Positions 27,803 to 37,528 are shown, counted from the first letter of the stretch. The stretch is DNA of 64,000 nt from an uncultured Faecalibacterium sp. (GCA_964495385.1 CAZBVO010000007.1:5171-69170); one strand, 5' to 3'. Translations and numbers: made by a program. Notes: a model not told the origin generated them from the sequence alone.

Positions 27803-29659
27803 TTATTGTTTGTTTTTGGACAAATACACTATAAGCACCGCAACGTCGGCCGGAGACACCCCAGATATTCTCGACGCTTGCGCAACCGACATCGGCCTTA
27901 TTTGCGACAGCTTTTGCCTTGCCTCGAGCCTCAATCCAGACAAGCTTTCGTAATCGGTGTCCGAAGGAATCAACTTCTCTTCCAACCGCTTTTGTTCTTT
28001 TATCGCGTTTTCGGCCTTTTGTAAATACCCTTCGTACTTGATTTCGACTTCGGCCGTTTCGAGCGCTCTGTCCGAAAATTCGTCCGGCAAGCCCACGTAT
28101 TTTTGCAAAAGTTCAACAGTGATTTCACTGTGCCTTAAAGCATCGTACACCGACTCGTTGTTTAAAGGTTTTTCCATGCCCGCCGCCCGATAAAGCTCGG
28201 TTTTTGAAGCGTCTATTTTGGTGCGACGCGCGTATTCTTTAAAGTTTTGTATATCCGAAATTTTCTTCTGAAGCCGCTCGAACCGCTCCTTTGTCGCCAA
28301 ACCGAGATTGTAACCGTCCTCGGTAAGCCGGAGATCGGCATTGTCTTGCCTCAAAAACAGACGGTGTTCGGCTCTGGCCGTCATCATACGGTACGGCTCC
28401 TCGGTGCCTTTCGTAACAAGATCGTCAATCAAAACGCCGATATAGGCCCTGTCTCGAGTTATGACGTACGGAGCCTTGCCGTCAACGTAAAGCGCCGCGT
28501 TTAAGCCTGCCACTACGCCCTGCGCCGCCGCTTCTTCATAGCCGCTGGAACCGTTTATCTGCCCGGCCGAATACAGCCCCTTGACGCATTTTACGGCCAA
28601 TGCTGCCGTAAGTTGCAACGGATTGATGCAGTCGTATTCGATGGCGTATGCATATTTTAAAAACTCGCAATGCTCGAGGCCCGGTATGGTGCGATACATC
28701 TGTTCCTGTACGTCTTTCGGCATGGACGAACTCATGCCCTGAATATACATGCTTTCGCCGTCCCTGTTTTCGGGTTCCACAAAAATTTGATGCCTTTCCT
28801 TGTCCGCAAATCGCATAACTTTTGTCTCGATGCTCGGGCAATACCTCGGCCCCACTCCCGAAATAACGCCGTTATACATAGGCGCACGGTCGATGTTGTC
28901 GATTATTATGCGGTGCGTTTCCCTGTTGGTGTAGGTAAGATAACAAGGCAGCTGCTCAGTCAGCTTGCCGTCGTTTAAAAAACTAAACGTATGTATGGTC
29001 GGATCGCCCTCTTGCAGTTCCATTTTGTCAAAATCGATGCTGCTTTTTTTGATTCTTGCCGGGGTACCCGTTTTGAATCGACGGATTTCGATGCCGTTTT
29101 CGACCAGTGAAGCCGTAAGCCCCTTTGAATACGGGAAGTCGGCAGGGCCGCTTTTTTTGACCTCGTCGCCCGTTATGGTGCGACTGTCCAAATAGACGCC
29201 CGTTGCAAGAACAACGGCTTTTGAAAAATATTCGCGCCCGTCTGCGAACCTGACTCCGTAAACGGTTTTGTTTTCAACCAAAAGTTCGCTTACTTCGCCC
29301 TCGACAAGCGTCAGATTGTCCGTCGAACGAAGCGTTTTAAGCATAACGTCCTGATAAAGCCGTTTGTCCTCCTGACCTCTGAGACTGTGAACGGCAGGCC
29401 CTTTGGCGGTATTAAGCATTTTTATTTGCAACAGCGCCTTGTCCGCCGCAACGCCCATTTCTCCGCCCAAAGCATCGATTTCACGGACAAGATGACCTTT
29501 TGCCGTGCCACCGATTGCAGGATTGCACGCCATAAAGCCCACTTCTTCGATAAGAAGAGTGGCCAGCAACGTTTTGTGCCCCGTGCGCGCCCCTGCCAAC
29601 GCCGCTTCTATACCGGCGTGTCCGGCACCTATTACGATTATGTCAAAAGTATTCATCAT
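27803..29659 (-). CDS. mnmG: tRNA uridine 5-carboxymethylaminomethyl modification enzyme MnmG (GidA)
   Basis: Start at ATG 29659, overlapping the mnmE stop (ATGA). FAD motif DIIVIGAGHAGIEAA and GidA blocks GPRYCPSIE, GQINGSSGYEEAAAQG. Confidence 0.95.
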   Translation of the reverse strand: MMNTFDIIVIGAGHAGIEAALAGARTGHKTLLATLLIEEVGFMACNPAIGGTAKGHLVREIDALGGEMGVAADKALLQIKMLNTAKGPAVHSLRGQEDKRLYQDVMLKTLRSTDNLTLVEGEVSELLVENKTVYGVRFADGREYFSKAVVLATGVYLDSRTITGDEVKKSGPADFPYSKGLTASLVENGIEIRRFKTGTPARIKKSSIDFDKMELQEGDPTIHTFSFLNDGKLTEQLPCYLTYTNRETHRIIIDNIDRAPMYNGVISGVGPRYCPSIETKVMRFADKERHQIFVEPENRDGESMYIQGMSSSMPKDVQEQMYRTIPGLEHCEFLKYAYAIEYDCINPLQLTAALAVKCVKGLYSAGQINGSSGYEEAAAQGVVAGLNAALYVDGKAPYVITRDRAYIGVLIDDLVTKGTEEPYRMMTARAEHRLFLRQDNADLRLTEDGYNLGLATKERFERLQKKISDIQNFKEYARRTKIDASKTELYRAAGMEKPLNNESVYDALRHSEITVELLQKYVGLPDEFSDRALETAEVEIKYEGYLQKAENAIKEQKRLEEKLIPSDTDYESLSGLRLEARQKLSQIRPMSVAQASRISGVSPADVAVLIVYLSKNKQ

Positions 29660-30996
29660 TTTCCAACACAAAATTTGTCGAATATCGCATTCACCACTTC
29701 TTCAGAAGACGTAGTTCCCGTTATTTCACCAAGTGCCTGCCAAGCGGCTTTGACGTCCACCAAAATGCAGTCGGAAGGCAAATCGTCGTACGCCTCGAGC
29801 GCATCGGTAAGATGTTTTTTAGCTTTCAAAATTGCCGACAAATGGCGTTTTTCGGTTATCATTTCGCCGCCGAGAAGCTTGCCTTCTCCAAACATATCGG
29901 CGATATACTTCAACAGTTCTTCAACCCCTTCTCCGGTTTTTGCCGACAGAACAAACTCGTCCACACCGTCGTCGGCAGTTCTTCTTCCAAACACCGCACC
30001 GCTTGTCAAATCGCCTTTGTTGACAACTCTGACCAGCCTTTTTCCTTTGATTTCGTCAACGTCATCGGGCTGTTCGGGGCGCATGGCGTCTCTTACTAAA
30101 ACAACCAAATCGGCACTTAATATTGCGTTTTTGGCACGTTTAATGCCCTCTTGTTCGATTTCGTCGTCGCTATCCCTTATGCCTGCGGTGTCAGTGAGAT
30201 TGATTTTTACACCGTTATACAAAAAGCTTTCGGATATAACGTCTCTCGTCGTGCCGGCCACCGGAGTTACTATGGCGCGGTTTTTTTGAAGCATGGCGTT
30301 CATCAGGCTGGATTTGCCCACGTTGGTTTCGCCGCACATAACCACGTCGATTCCGTACTTTGCCATTTTGCCGTAGCTTTCGGACTTGGCCAGCGGTTCG
30401 AGCTTGTCCAGCGCTACTTTAAGGCCTATTTTGCCGTGAGGCAGGTTTTCGTCCTCAAGTTCTTCGGGATAATCCAAAACCGCCTCGAGGTCGCATATAA
30501 CGTCAAATACGGTTTTTTGAATATCTTCTATTTCGGCAGAGATTTTGCCCGTCATCATGCGGTAGGCGGCGTTTACGCCGGCCTCGCTGTCCGCATTTAT
30601 CAAACCGATGACGCCTTCGGCGTCGGAAAGAGCCATTTTGCCGTTTAAAAACGCACGCTTGGTAAATTCGCCCGGGGCCGCCATTTCCGCACCGTTTAAG
30701 ATGCATTCGTTCACCACCAGTTCCGTAAGTTTGACGCCGCCGTGACATTGAAACTCCACCACGTCCTCACCCGTGTACGTTTTGGGCGCCTTAAACCACA
30801 CCATATAGCATTTGTCGGAAAAATTGTGCCCCGAAACGGTGCCGAAATACATCATATTCGGCACTATATTTGAAAAATCGAAACCCTTTTTGCTGAACAG
30901 TTTCTTTGCTATTTCAAGCGCAGTGTCGCCGCTCATTCTGACGATTCCTATTCCGCCTCTTCCTATCGGGGTGGATATGGCAACTATTGTTTTCAC
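29656..30996 (-). CDS. mnmE: tRNA modification GTPase MnmE (TrmE)
   Basis: 446 aa. G-domain GETNVGKSSL, DTAGIR, NKGD, and the C-terminal FCVGK tetrapeptide motif. Confidence 0.95.
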   Translation of the reverse strand: MKTIVAISTPIGRGGIGIVRMSGDTALEIAKKLFSKKGFDFSNIVPNMMYFGTVSGHNFSDKCYMVWFKAPKTYTGEDVVEFQCHGGVKLTELVVNECILNGAEMAAPGEFTKRAFLNGKMALSDAEGVIGLINADSEAGVNAAYRMMTGKISAEIEDIQKTVFDVICDLEAVLDYPEELEDENLPHGKIGLKVALDKLEPLAKSESYGKMAKYGIDVVMCGETNVGKSSLMNAMLQKNRAIVTPVAGTTRDVISESFLYNGVKINLTDTAGIRDSDDEIEQEGIKRAKNAILSADLVVLVRDAMRPEQPDDVDEIKGKRLVRVVNKGDLTSGAVFGRRTADDGVDEFVLSAKTGEGVEELLKYIADMFGEGKLLGGEMITEKRHLSAILKAKKHLTDALEAYDDLPSDCILVDVKAAWQALGEITGTTSSEEVVNAIFDKFCVGK

Positions 30997-31097
30997 GGGA
31001 ACTCCTTTTCGGCTTTATACGGCCGAATTTTGCCGTTTATGGCTTAAAATACACGAAATGCCCTAACAATTGTAGGGCATCAAAACATGTTTGTTAT

Positions 31098-31784
31098 TTA
31101 CCATCTGCGTTTTTTGCCGCCGTAGGTTTTTACGCGAGGAGGGCCGTTGCGCTTAACGGAAAACTCCTTGATTTGATATTCTTCCTTCTCTTTCGGAGTG
31201 ATAACGACGTATCTTTGAGGTTCTTCACCCTTAGATTCGGTCGTTGCGTACGGGCTGTCGGCCAATGCGGCGTGAATTATGCGCCTTTCAAACGGATTCA
31301 TCGGCTCGAGTTCGATAACCTTGCGAGTGCGGCACGCCTTAACCGCAAGTTTTTTTGCCAAAGCTTCCAACGTGCGAGTGCGTTTTTCGCGATAATTTTC
31401 GGCATTGATGACCACTTTTTCAAATTTGCCGTCATCCTTGTTTGCTACCAAAAGAACAAGATATTGCAAAGCATCCAAAACTTCTCCGCGATAACCGATG
31501 GCCAAACCGCTGTCTTTTCCGGTTATGCTCACTTTGATTACGCCGTCGGATTCAACGCATTGAGGTTTGCAGTCGAGAGTCATCCTTTCCAAAACACCGG
31601 ACAAAAATGCCTGCGCTCTGTCGCATGCGCTTTCTTTTTCGGTAACCCTTACGTGCGCCTTGCTGAACAGACCGCCTTCGGAAAGAACCTCGACTTCGGC
31701 CTTGCTTTTATCTATACCCAGCTGCTCGAGCGCCTCTTGAACGGCGCTGTCGACGGATGCAGCCTTAATTTCGATACTATTCAT
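31098..31784 (-). CDS. khpB: Jag/KhpB RNA-binding protein (Jag_N, KH, R3H)
   Basis: 228 aa. It has a C-terminal R3H block (LEPMNPFERRIIHAAL) and the conserved position after yidC. Confidence 0.85.
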   Translation of the reverse strand: MNSIEIKAASVDSAVQEALEQLGIDKSKAEVEVLSEGGLFSKAHVRVTEKESACDRAQAFLSGVLERMTLDCKPQCVESDGVIKVSITGKDSGLAIGYRGEVLDALQYLVLLVANKDDGKFEKVVINAENYREKRTRTLEALAKKLAVKACRTRKVIELEPMNPFERRIIHAALADSPYATTESKGEEPQRYVVITPKEKEEYQIKEFSVKRNGPPRVKTYGGKKRRW

Positions 31785-31793
31785 TGATTCTCC

Positions 31794-32876
31794 TTATTTG
31801 TAGGTTGTGCTCAACCTTTTGTCTTCTTCGATTTTATCTGCCTTTTTGGCAACCAAATTGTAAATCAGCTGGAAGGCAGTGCTAAACACGCTGGAAACCA
31901 CCATGTAAATGGTGAAAGCCGAACTGTAGAAAATGGCAAAAATACCCATCATGATAGGCATCATCCAGTTCATCATCTTAGTGTTGGCCTGCATTGCCTG
32001 CTGTTGACTTTCCGATCCCGGTGCGGCCGGAGCCTCCATAGGCTTGTTGAGTTTGGTCGACAGCAACGTAATCACAACCGTCAACAAAGGCAGTATCAAA
32101 AACCCGTTCCAACGGGTGTTTTCGCTGTCCATAAGCGCAGACATAACCGTTTCGTATCCTCTTTGACCGAATTCGTTGTTGTCTGCCGACAACGTGCCGT
32201 TAGGCCTCAATCCTGCTGCCGCTTCGGCATCCGGAACGGTATCGGTTGCACCGACTCCGCCAAGACCTGAAGAAGTGTAGGTTTTGTAGTCCGGAATAGG
32301 ATCTTTCCAGTTGTCCGGCATAAAAACGTTTTTAACCCACAGGAATTTGATTTTGTCTCTGTATTCGCTGTCGAACTTTTCTCGAACGGCGTTTTGCGCG
32401 TGTTCAACGACGATTTCGTCGTCTAAAGTGCCTTTTTCTGCATCATAAACCGCGAAATATGTTTGATACATATCTTCATACATACCTTGGTTTACCGATT
32501 TTACCGTTGCTCTGAAGCCTGCAAACACCATAAAGAAGATGACCATGGTCAAAATCATCGGCAAGCAACTGCCGGTCATTTTGTAGCCTTCCTCTTTATA
32601 AAGCTGCATTTGTTTTTGCTGGAACAGTTCTCTGTTTCCGCCGCATTGCTTTTGCAGTTTTTCGAGTTTAGGTTTCATCCTTTCCATGGCTTTGTTATTT
32701 TTGCGCATGGAAACCTTTTGCCACACGTCAAGCGGCGACAAAACTATTTTCAGCGTGAGCGTGAACAATATAACCGCCACGCCGTAATTGCCGACCAAGC
32801 CATAAATCCAGTTGATGAATTTTTCAACCAAATCGGCGACGGCTCCCCCTAAAAGGAGGTTTGTCAAATTAACCAT
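31794..32876 (-). CDS. yidC: Membrane protein insertase YidC
   Basis: 360 aa. YidC/Oxa1 core blocks GVAVILFTLTLKIVLSPL, KMTGSCLPMILTMVIF, and a basic C-tail. Confidence 0.9.
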   Translation of the reverse strand: MVNLTNLLLGGAVADLVEKFINWIYGLVGNYGVAVILFTLTLKIVLSPLDVWQKVSMRKNNKAMERMKPKLEKLQKQCGGNRELFQQKQMQLYKEEGYKMTGSCLPMILTMVIFFMVFAGFRATVKSVNQGMYEDMYQTYFAVYDAEKGTLDDEIVVEHAQNAVREKFDSEYRDKIKFLWVKNVFMPDNWKDPIPDYKTYTSSGLGGVGATDTVPDAEAAAGLRPNGTLSADNNEFGQRGYETVMSALMDSENTRWNGFLILPLLTVVITLLSTKLNKPMEAPAAPGSESQQQAMQANTKMMNWMMPIMMGIFAIFYSSAFTIYMVVSSVFSTAFQLIYNLVAKKADKIEEDKRLSTTYK

Positions 32877-33106
32877 TTAGCGTTTCCTCTGAAATTGTCC
32901 GGGACGGGATCGAACCCTCCCTTATTGGAAGGCGTGCATCTAAGAATCCGTTTCGCGCCCATAATTATGCCCTTCACCGTACCGAACCTTTTTATCGACT
33001 CCATTGTGTACATCGAACAGGTCGGCGTGTAAATGCACGTCTTTGGCGTTGACGAGCTTATAAACCGTTTATAAAACTTTATAAGCAAAACGGACGGTTT
33101 TTGCAT
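32864..33106 (-). CDS. yidD: Membrane protein insertion efficiency factor YidD
   Basis: 80 aa. YKRFISSSTPKTCIYTPTCSMYTMESIKRFG...GGFDPVP is the YidD signature. Confidence 0.9.
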   Translation of the reverse strand: MQKPSVLLIKFYKRFISSSTPKTCIYTPTCSMYTMESIKRFGTVKGIIMGAKRILRCTPSNKGGFDPVPDNFRGNAKWLI

Positions 33107-33123
33107 ACATCCTCCGGGCGTAA

Positions 33124-33474
33124 TTATTCGCCTGTCGACAAATCCGTATACTTGCCGGCCTTTTTAAAAAGCTCGACAAGCTCGGCCTTTATCTCCAAAA
33201 GACCGAGTTCGGTTATCCCCGATCTCGCAATCACGATATAGTTAAAGCCTTTGTCCACGGACGGAATCATGCTTCTGACCGCTTCTTTCAAAAGACGTCT
33301 CACTCTGTTGCGAGTTACTGCGTTACCGATTTTTTTAGTAACCGAAAAACCAAACTTCGGCGGAAGCTGAGTTTTGTGATAGACCAACACGGTGTTTTTT
33401 GCCGCAACGCTTTGGCCTTTGCGGTAAATAAAATTATACGACGCCCGACTTTTCAGACGATACTTTTTTTGCAT
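33124..33474 (-). CDS. rnpA: Ribonuclease P protein component
   Basis: 116 aa, basic, with RNR motif GNAVTRNRVRRLLKEA, immediately downstream of rpmH. Confidence 0.9.
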   Translation of the reverse strand: MQKKYRLKSRASYNFIYRKGQSVAAKNTVLVYHKTQLPPKFGFSVTKKIGNAVTRNRVRRLLKEAVRSMIPSVDKGFNYIVIARSGITELGLLEIKAELVELFKKAGKYTDLSTGE

Positions 33475-33526
33475 GGTCCACCTCGTTTGTTTGATAACGA
33501 CGGAAATTTATCCGCCACCGGCAAAG

Positions 33527-33661
33527 TTATGCGGACAATTTAGCGCGGCCTTTTGCGCGACGACGTTTCAAAACCTTTCTGCCGGATGCAGATGCCATAC
33601 GTTTTCTGAAGCCGTGGACTTTGCTGCGTTGTCTTTTCTTAGGTTGGTAAGTTCTTTTCAT
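33527..33661 (-). CDS. rpmH: 50S ribosomal protein L34
   Basis: At 44 aa it is below the track threshold. Reverse translation gives [44 protein letters not shown], with a GAGGAG RBS. Confidence 0.95.
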   Translation of the reverse strand: MKRTYQPKKRQRSKVHGFRKRMASASGRKVLKRRRAKGRAKLSA

Positions 33662-33727
33662 TTTCGTTCTCCTCTGAAAAACCCGAAATTACGGGCTTTT
33701 ATTTAAATAATAATTTATCGCTAACTA

Positions 33728-33756
33728 ATTATAAAGAATAAAACTTTTTATGTCAA
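33728..33756 (-). promoter_or_regulatory. Consensus sigma-A promoter for rpmH-rnpA operon
   Basis: The minus strand reads TTGACA (33756-33751), 17 nt spacer, TATAAT (33733-33728). Confidence 0.7.
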
Positions 33757-34040
33757 TCGTTTTTAAGAGGTTTTCCATATTCCGACATGCGATTTAAGCC
33801 GCAAAAACCACTGTTCTTTTAGGATTGTTGCAATTTTTACCCCAAAAGCATACATTGTGATATGAATTTACGAAACGCCGATTCAACCTGTCTGCACCTG
33901 TACGCCACACTTGTCGGGCAACAGCTTTCCGACGGATTATCCCCCGAGGAAATTCGCGTTTTACTTTATTTTTTATCCCTTGTCTCGGAATATCTCAATT
34001 CGGTTTTGCCAAAATGTAAATAACGCTTTACAAACCAAAA

Positions 34041-34071
34041 TTTATATGTTATATTATATATAACATATAAA
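34041..34071. promoter_or_regulatory. 31 bp AT-rich palindrome (candidate operator) just upstream of MFS gene RBS
   Basis: TTTATATGTTATAT (34041-54), tat, ATATAACATATAAA (34058-71): perfect 14 bp arms ending 5 nt before GAGG and 15 nt before the GTG start. Confidence 0.5.
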
Positions 34072-34085
34072 ATCTGAGGTTTACC

Positions 34086-35312
34086 GTGAAACTCACTTCA
34101 AATTCGACACGAACGGCATGCTACGCCGGATACATAATACAAGCAGTGGTCAACAATTTGATTCCACTGCTGTTCACCGTATTCAACGACCGTTTCGATA
34201 TATCGCTTTCGCGTCTCGCCATTATAGTAACCGTCAATTTCTGCACGCAAATTGCGGTTGACATCGCGTCTGCCTGGCTTTTGAAGAAGATTGGTTATCG
34301 CACAACCTGCATTCTTGCCCACGTGTTTTCCATAGCAGGCCTGGCAATACTCGGCATTTTGCCGGAAAATTCATCCAATCCGTTTTTGTGGATATGCATT
34401 GCGGCCGCAACGTGCGCCGTCGGCGGAGGCATACTGGAAGTAGCAATCAGTCCGCTCATCGAAGCAATACCGTCGGACAACAAAGAAAAAGAAATGAGCC
34501 TACTGCACAGCTTTTATTGCTGGGGACATATGGGCGTAGTGTTGCTTACAACGGCATTTTTGGCAATTTTCGGCAAAAATAACTGGAAATATCTTCCGTT
34601 CGTATGGGCAATTCTTCCACTGGTAAACGGTGTTTTGTTTTCAAAAGTTCCGCTTTGGGACATTTGCCCCGAAGAAAAAGGCTTATCCTTAAAACAACTG
34701 TTTAAAATGCCGGTGTTTTATCTGTTTATCGCATTGATGATCTGTTCCGGCGCTTCCGAACAAGCAATAAGCCAATGGAGCAGCTTCTTTGCCGAAAAAG
34801 GACTTGGCCTATCAAAAGCCATGGGCGATATTTTAGGTCCTTGCGCATTCGCCCTGTGTATGGGTTCAGCAAGGGCGATATATGCCGCAACGGCACATAA
34901 AATCAAAATTAAACACGCAATTTTGTTCAGCAGTTTACTGTGTACCGCCACTTATGCGGTTATGGGGCTTGTCGACAACCAAGTTCTGTCGGTTATCGCT
35001 TGCGCCTTAAACGGATTCTCGGTAGGCGTGCTTTGGCCGGGTGTTTACAGTTTGGCCGCGGCAAAAATCAAAAACGGCGGGACAAATATGTTTTCCATTC
35101 TCGCTTTCGGTGGCGACATAGGTTGCGCATTAGGGCCGTTTATAGTCGGACAAATATCCGACGCTACTTTAAAAGAAATAGGCCAAGCATCTTCCTTCGC
35201 AGGTTCCCCGGAAGAAGCGGCATTAAAATCAGGCATAGCCGTCGCGGTGGTATTCCCGATTCTTCTCACGGTTTTGCTTTTCGGCATCAAAAACAACAAA
35301 CAAAAAGAATAA
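34086..35312 (+). CDS. MFS transporter
   Basis: 408 aa, GTG start, about 12 TM, MFS-like loop motif LLKKIGYRTT. Confidence 0.75.
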   Translation: MKLTSNSTRTACYAGYIIQAVVNNLIPLLFTVFNDRFDISLSRLAIIVTVNFCTQIAVDIASAWLLKKIGYRTTCILAHVFSIAGLAILGILPENSSNPFLWICIAAATCAVGGGILEVAISPLIEAIPSDNKEKEMSLLHSFYCWGHMGVVLLTTAFLAIFGKNNWKYLPFVWAILPLVNGVLFSKVPLWDICPEEKGLSLKQLFKMPVFYLFIALMICSGASEQAISQWSSFFAEKGLGLSKAMGDILGPCAFALCMGSARAIYAATAHKIKIKHAILFSSLLCTATYAVMGLVDNQVLSVIACALNGFSVGVLWPGVYSLAAAKIKNGGTNMFSILAFGGDIGCALGPFIVGQISDATLKEIGQASSFAGSPEEAALKSGIAVAVVFPILLTVLLFGIKNNKQKE

Positions 35313-35315
35313 CAA

Positions 35316-35355
35316 AAAGCGGTCTGACGTCGAACGATGCGGACCGCTTTTATTT
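35316..35355 (+). terminator. Intrinsic terminator after MFS gene
   Basis: AAAGCGGTC (35316-24) pairs with GACCGCTTT (35342-50), followed by TTATTTT. Confidence 0.6.
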
Positions 35356-35372
35356 TAACCATTTTATTTTGT

Positions 35373-35388
35373 TGTTTCACGTTAAACC
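35373..35388. promoter_or_regulatory. parS-like site (14/16 match)
   Basis: TGTTTCACGTTAAACC versus consensus TGTTTCACGTGAAACA. Intergenic. Confidence 0.55.
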
Positions 35389-35423
35389 GACATTTTTAGT
35401 TTATTTATCACTTTGCAACAATA

Positions 35424-35669
35424 TCAAACGTCTTCATCGTTTCCGTTATTGTAGTATTCACAAAGTCCGCCGTCATAGTAGACGTGGTCCGGTTTATGCC
35501 TATTATCTTCTTTTCTATAAATTAAGCAATACGCTTTTTTCGGTAAGTCCGCAAAAGGCGGTTCGCCATGCGCAAAAATACACGTTTCACAATACTTAGG
35601 ATTAATTGTGTTACAGCCCCACACAGGCGTATCTCTTTCTTCAAGCCTTTTTCTGTCCTTTTCGTTCAT
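35424..35669 (-). CDS. Small Cys-rich hypothetical protein (81 aa)
   Basis: MNEKDRKRLEERDTPVWGCNTINPKYCETCIFAHGEPPFADLPKKAYCLIYRKEDNRHKPDHVYYDGGLCEYYNNGNDEDV has 5 Cys plus His in a possible metal-binding arrangement. AAGGAAGG RBS upstream. No family recognised. Confidence 0.5.
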   Translation of the reverse strand: MNEKDRKRLEERDTPVWGCNTINPKYCETCIFAHGEPPFADLPKKAYCLIYRKEDNRHKPDHVYYDGGLCEYYNNGNDEDV

Positions 35670-35817
35670 ACTACCTTCCTTTACCGCAAAACGCTTTAAG
35701 CTTCTTCCTTCGACGGTATCGTTAAATCTACCATAGCGGTTTTAAGCCGGATTCCGTATCTCTAGCTATATTACACTTATTTCCACCCGTTTTCACCGTT
35801 GGCACGGCCAATCTTTG

Positions 35818-36720
35818 TTATTTGACGTGCTTTTTGAAAAATTCACACATTCCGTCGTTGGCGATCCTCGATGCTTCCCACCAAGGCTCAAGCGCATTAA
35901 AAACATGCATAAGCTTGTTACCGTCGGCAAGCGGTTTATCAAAATACATCAATTCGTTTTCTATTCCGAGCGCATCAAATTCCGCCTTAACAGCCAACGT
36001 TTGATTACGTAAAAAATCGCCGTAGGCACTTATAAAATAAGTCGGACACATGTTTTTAGGGATTACGTTTGAAAAATCATAAAGCTTACGCTTAAATTTA
36101 TTCTTTCCGATGCGATAAAATTCCCCGTACAAACCGTCAAAAAGCGCTACTCCCGCGCACGGTATTTTGGCCATTTTACTTGGGTTAAACGCCGCAGAAA
36201 CAAAGCACGCGGCCTTAAATTCAATAGGTGAAACGCCTCCGAACAGCTCTTGCAAACGTTCGTTTTCCGCCAGCGCCGTCAACATTGCCGCCGTATGACC
36301 GCCCGCACTATCACCCGTAACAAAAGCGTTGTCCAAGTCGATTCCAAGCTTATCTGCATTTTCTTTAACGTATTTTAACGCCGAAAGTATATCTTTCATC
36401 GAACCGGCAAAATCCACTTCAGGGATTAATCTAAAACTCAAATTTACCACAGCAAACCCGGCTTTTGCGATATGTAAACAGTATTTTTTATTAAGTTCTT
36501 TATCTCCGTAAACCCAAGCACCACCGTGTATATCCACTACTACAGGCAGCTTACCGCTCACGCCACTCGGGCGGTATACGTCAAACTTATGCAACAAATG
36601 TCCGTCAGACAAATACTCTACGTCATTAAGCTCCTCGACGCCGTCAGGCACAGCCTGGCCATCCAGCCTTATTTTATCGTTCGGTTTAACAAGTTTTTCA
36701 AAATATAAATTTGCAAGCAT
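35818..36720 (-). CDS. Alpha/beta hydrolase (hormone-sensitive-lipase-type esterase)
   Basis: 300 aa. Oxyanion motif HGGAW and nucleophile elbow GDSAGG. Confidence 0.8.
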   Translation of the reverse strand: MLANLYFEKLVKPNDKIRLDGQAVPDGVEELNDVEYLSDGHLLHKFDVYRPSGVSGKLPVVVDIHGGAWVYGDKELNKKYCLHIAKAGFAVVNLSFRLIPEVDFAGSMKDILSALKYVKENADKLGIDLDNAFVTGDSAGGHTAAMLTALAENERLQELFGGVSPIEFKAACFVSAAFNPSKMAKIPCAGVALFDGLYGEFYRIGKNKFKRKLYDFSNVIPKNMCPTYFISAYGDFLRNQTLAVKAEFDALGIENELMYFDKPLADGNKLMHVFNALEPWWEASRIANDGMCEFFKKHVK

Positions 36721-36845
36721 AACAATCCTCCCACTTTGGTTCTCGGTAATCTAATCGATAACAAAACAATCCTTCGCCACACAAACATGCAGCCAAAAAG
36801 CACGTTTTAGAAAATAACTTAACAATTCACCATTAAAAACTCAAT

Positions 36846-36861
36846 GGTTTCACGTTAAACA
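36846..36861. promoter_or_regulatory. parS-like site (14/16 match)
   Basis: GGTTTCACGTTAAACA. Intergenic between the esterase and GNAT genes. Confidence 0.5.
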
Positions 36862-36979
36862 ATGGCCAAATAAGCTTAGCTTATATCAAACATAAAGCAA
36901 TTCGGTTTGTCGAATTATAGCCAATTATTTAACCATTTAAAGCAAAAACAGCTTAATTATTGCGATTATTTTCAAAAAA

Positions 36980-37528
36980 TCACAGATATTTCATCATCCA
37001 AATGTCTTTTCGAGTTTCGCCGTTCAACATCTTAACGGCGTCAGGCCTTTCGGCAAATTTAACAAATCCGCATTTTTGATATAGTCCGGCCGCCCGTTCA
37101 TTCCCGTCGACGTACTCGAGCTGCATTATTTCGATGCCACACTTTTTCGCTTCTACAAACAGTTCATTCATCATAACAGTACCAAGCCCGACACCCCAAA
37201 AGTCCTTTAAAATACCAATCGCCACGGTCGCACGATGTCTAACTTTACTTAACGGAACATAATTAAACGAACAGTTTCCAATTATTTTGCCATCAAAATA
37301 GCAGGAAATCATCATAGTTGAGTCCGAATTTCGTGCGTTTTTGATAAAATCAATTTCACTTTCTAAACTCATCGCCCTGCTCTCCGATTCATTCCGCAAT
37401 ATATAGTCGGTTTCAGAAGAACATTTAATCAAAAAATCCAACAATTTGTCGGCATCTTCAATTTCCACAGTTTTTAAAAGAATTTCTCTACCGTCTTTAA
37501 GGATAACCGATTTTTCATTATATAACAT
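36980..37528 (-). CDS. GNAT family N-acetyltransferase
   Basis: 182 aa. Acetyl-CoA motif A-like FWGVGLGTVMMNEL and C-terminal YQKCGF. Confidence 0.8.
   Translation of the reverse strand: MLYNEKSVILKDGREILLKTVEIEDADKLLDFLIKCSSETDYILRNESESRAMSLESEIDFIKNARNSDSTMMISCYFDGKIIGNCSFNYVPLSKVRHRATVAIGILKDFWGVGLGTVMMNELFVEAKKCGIEIMQLEYVDGNERAAGLYQKCGFVKFAERPDAVKMLNGETRKDIWMMKYL

Noticed and set aside
34076-34091. Sixth parS-like sequence GGTTTACCGTGAAACT overlapping the MFS start codon
   Set aside because: It matches only 12/16 positions and the left arm is disrupted. This is likely chance similarity of the right half-site.
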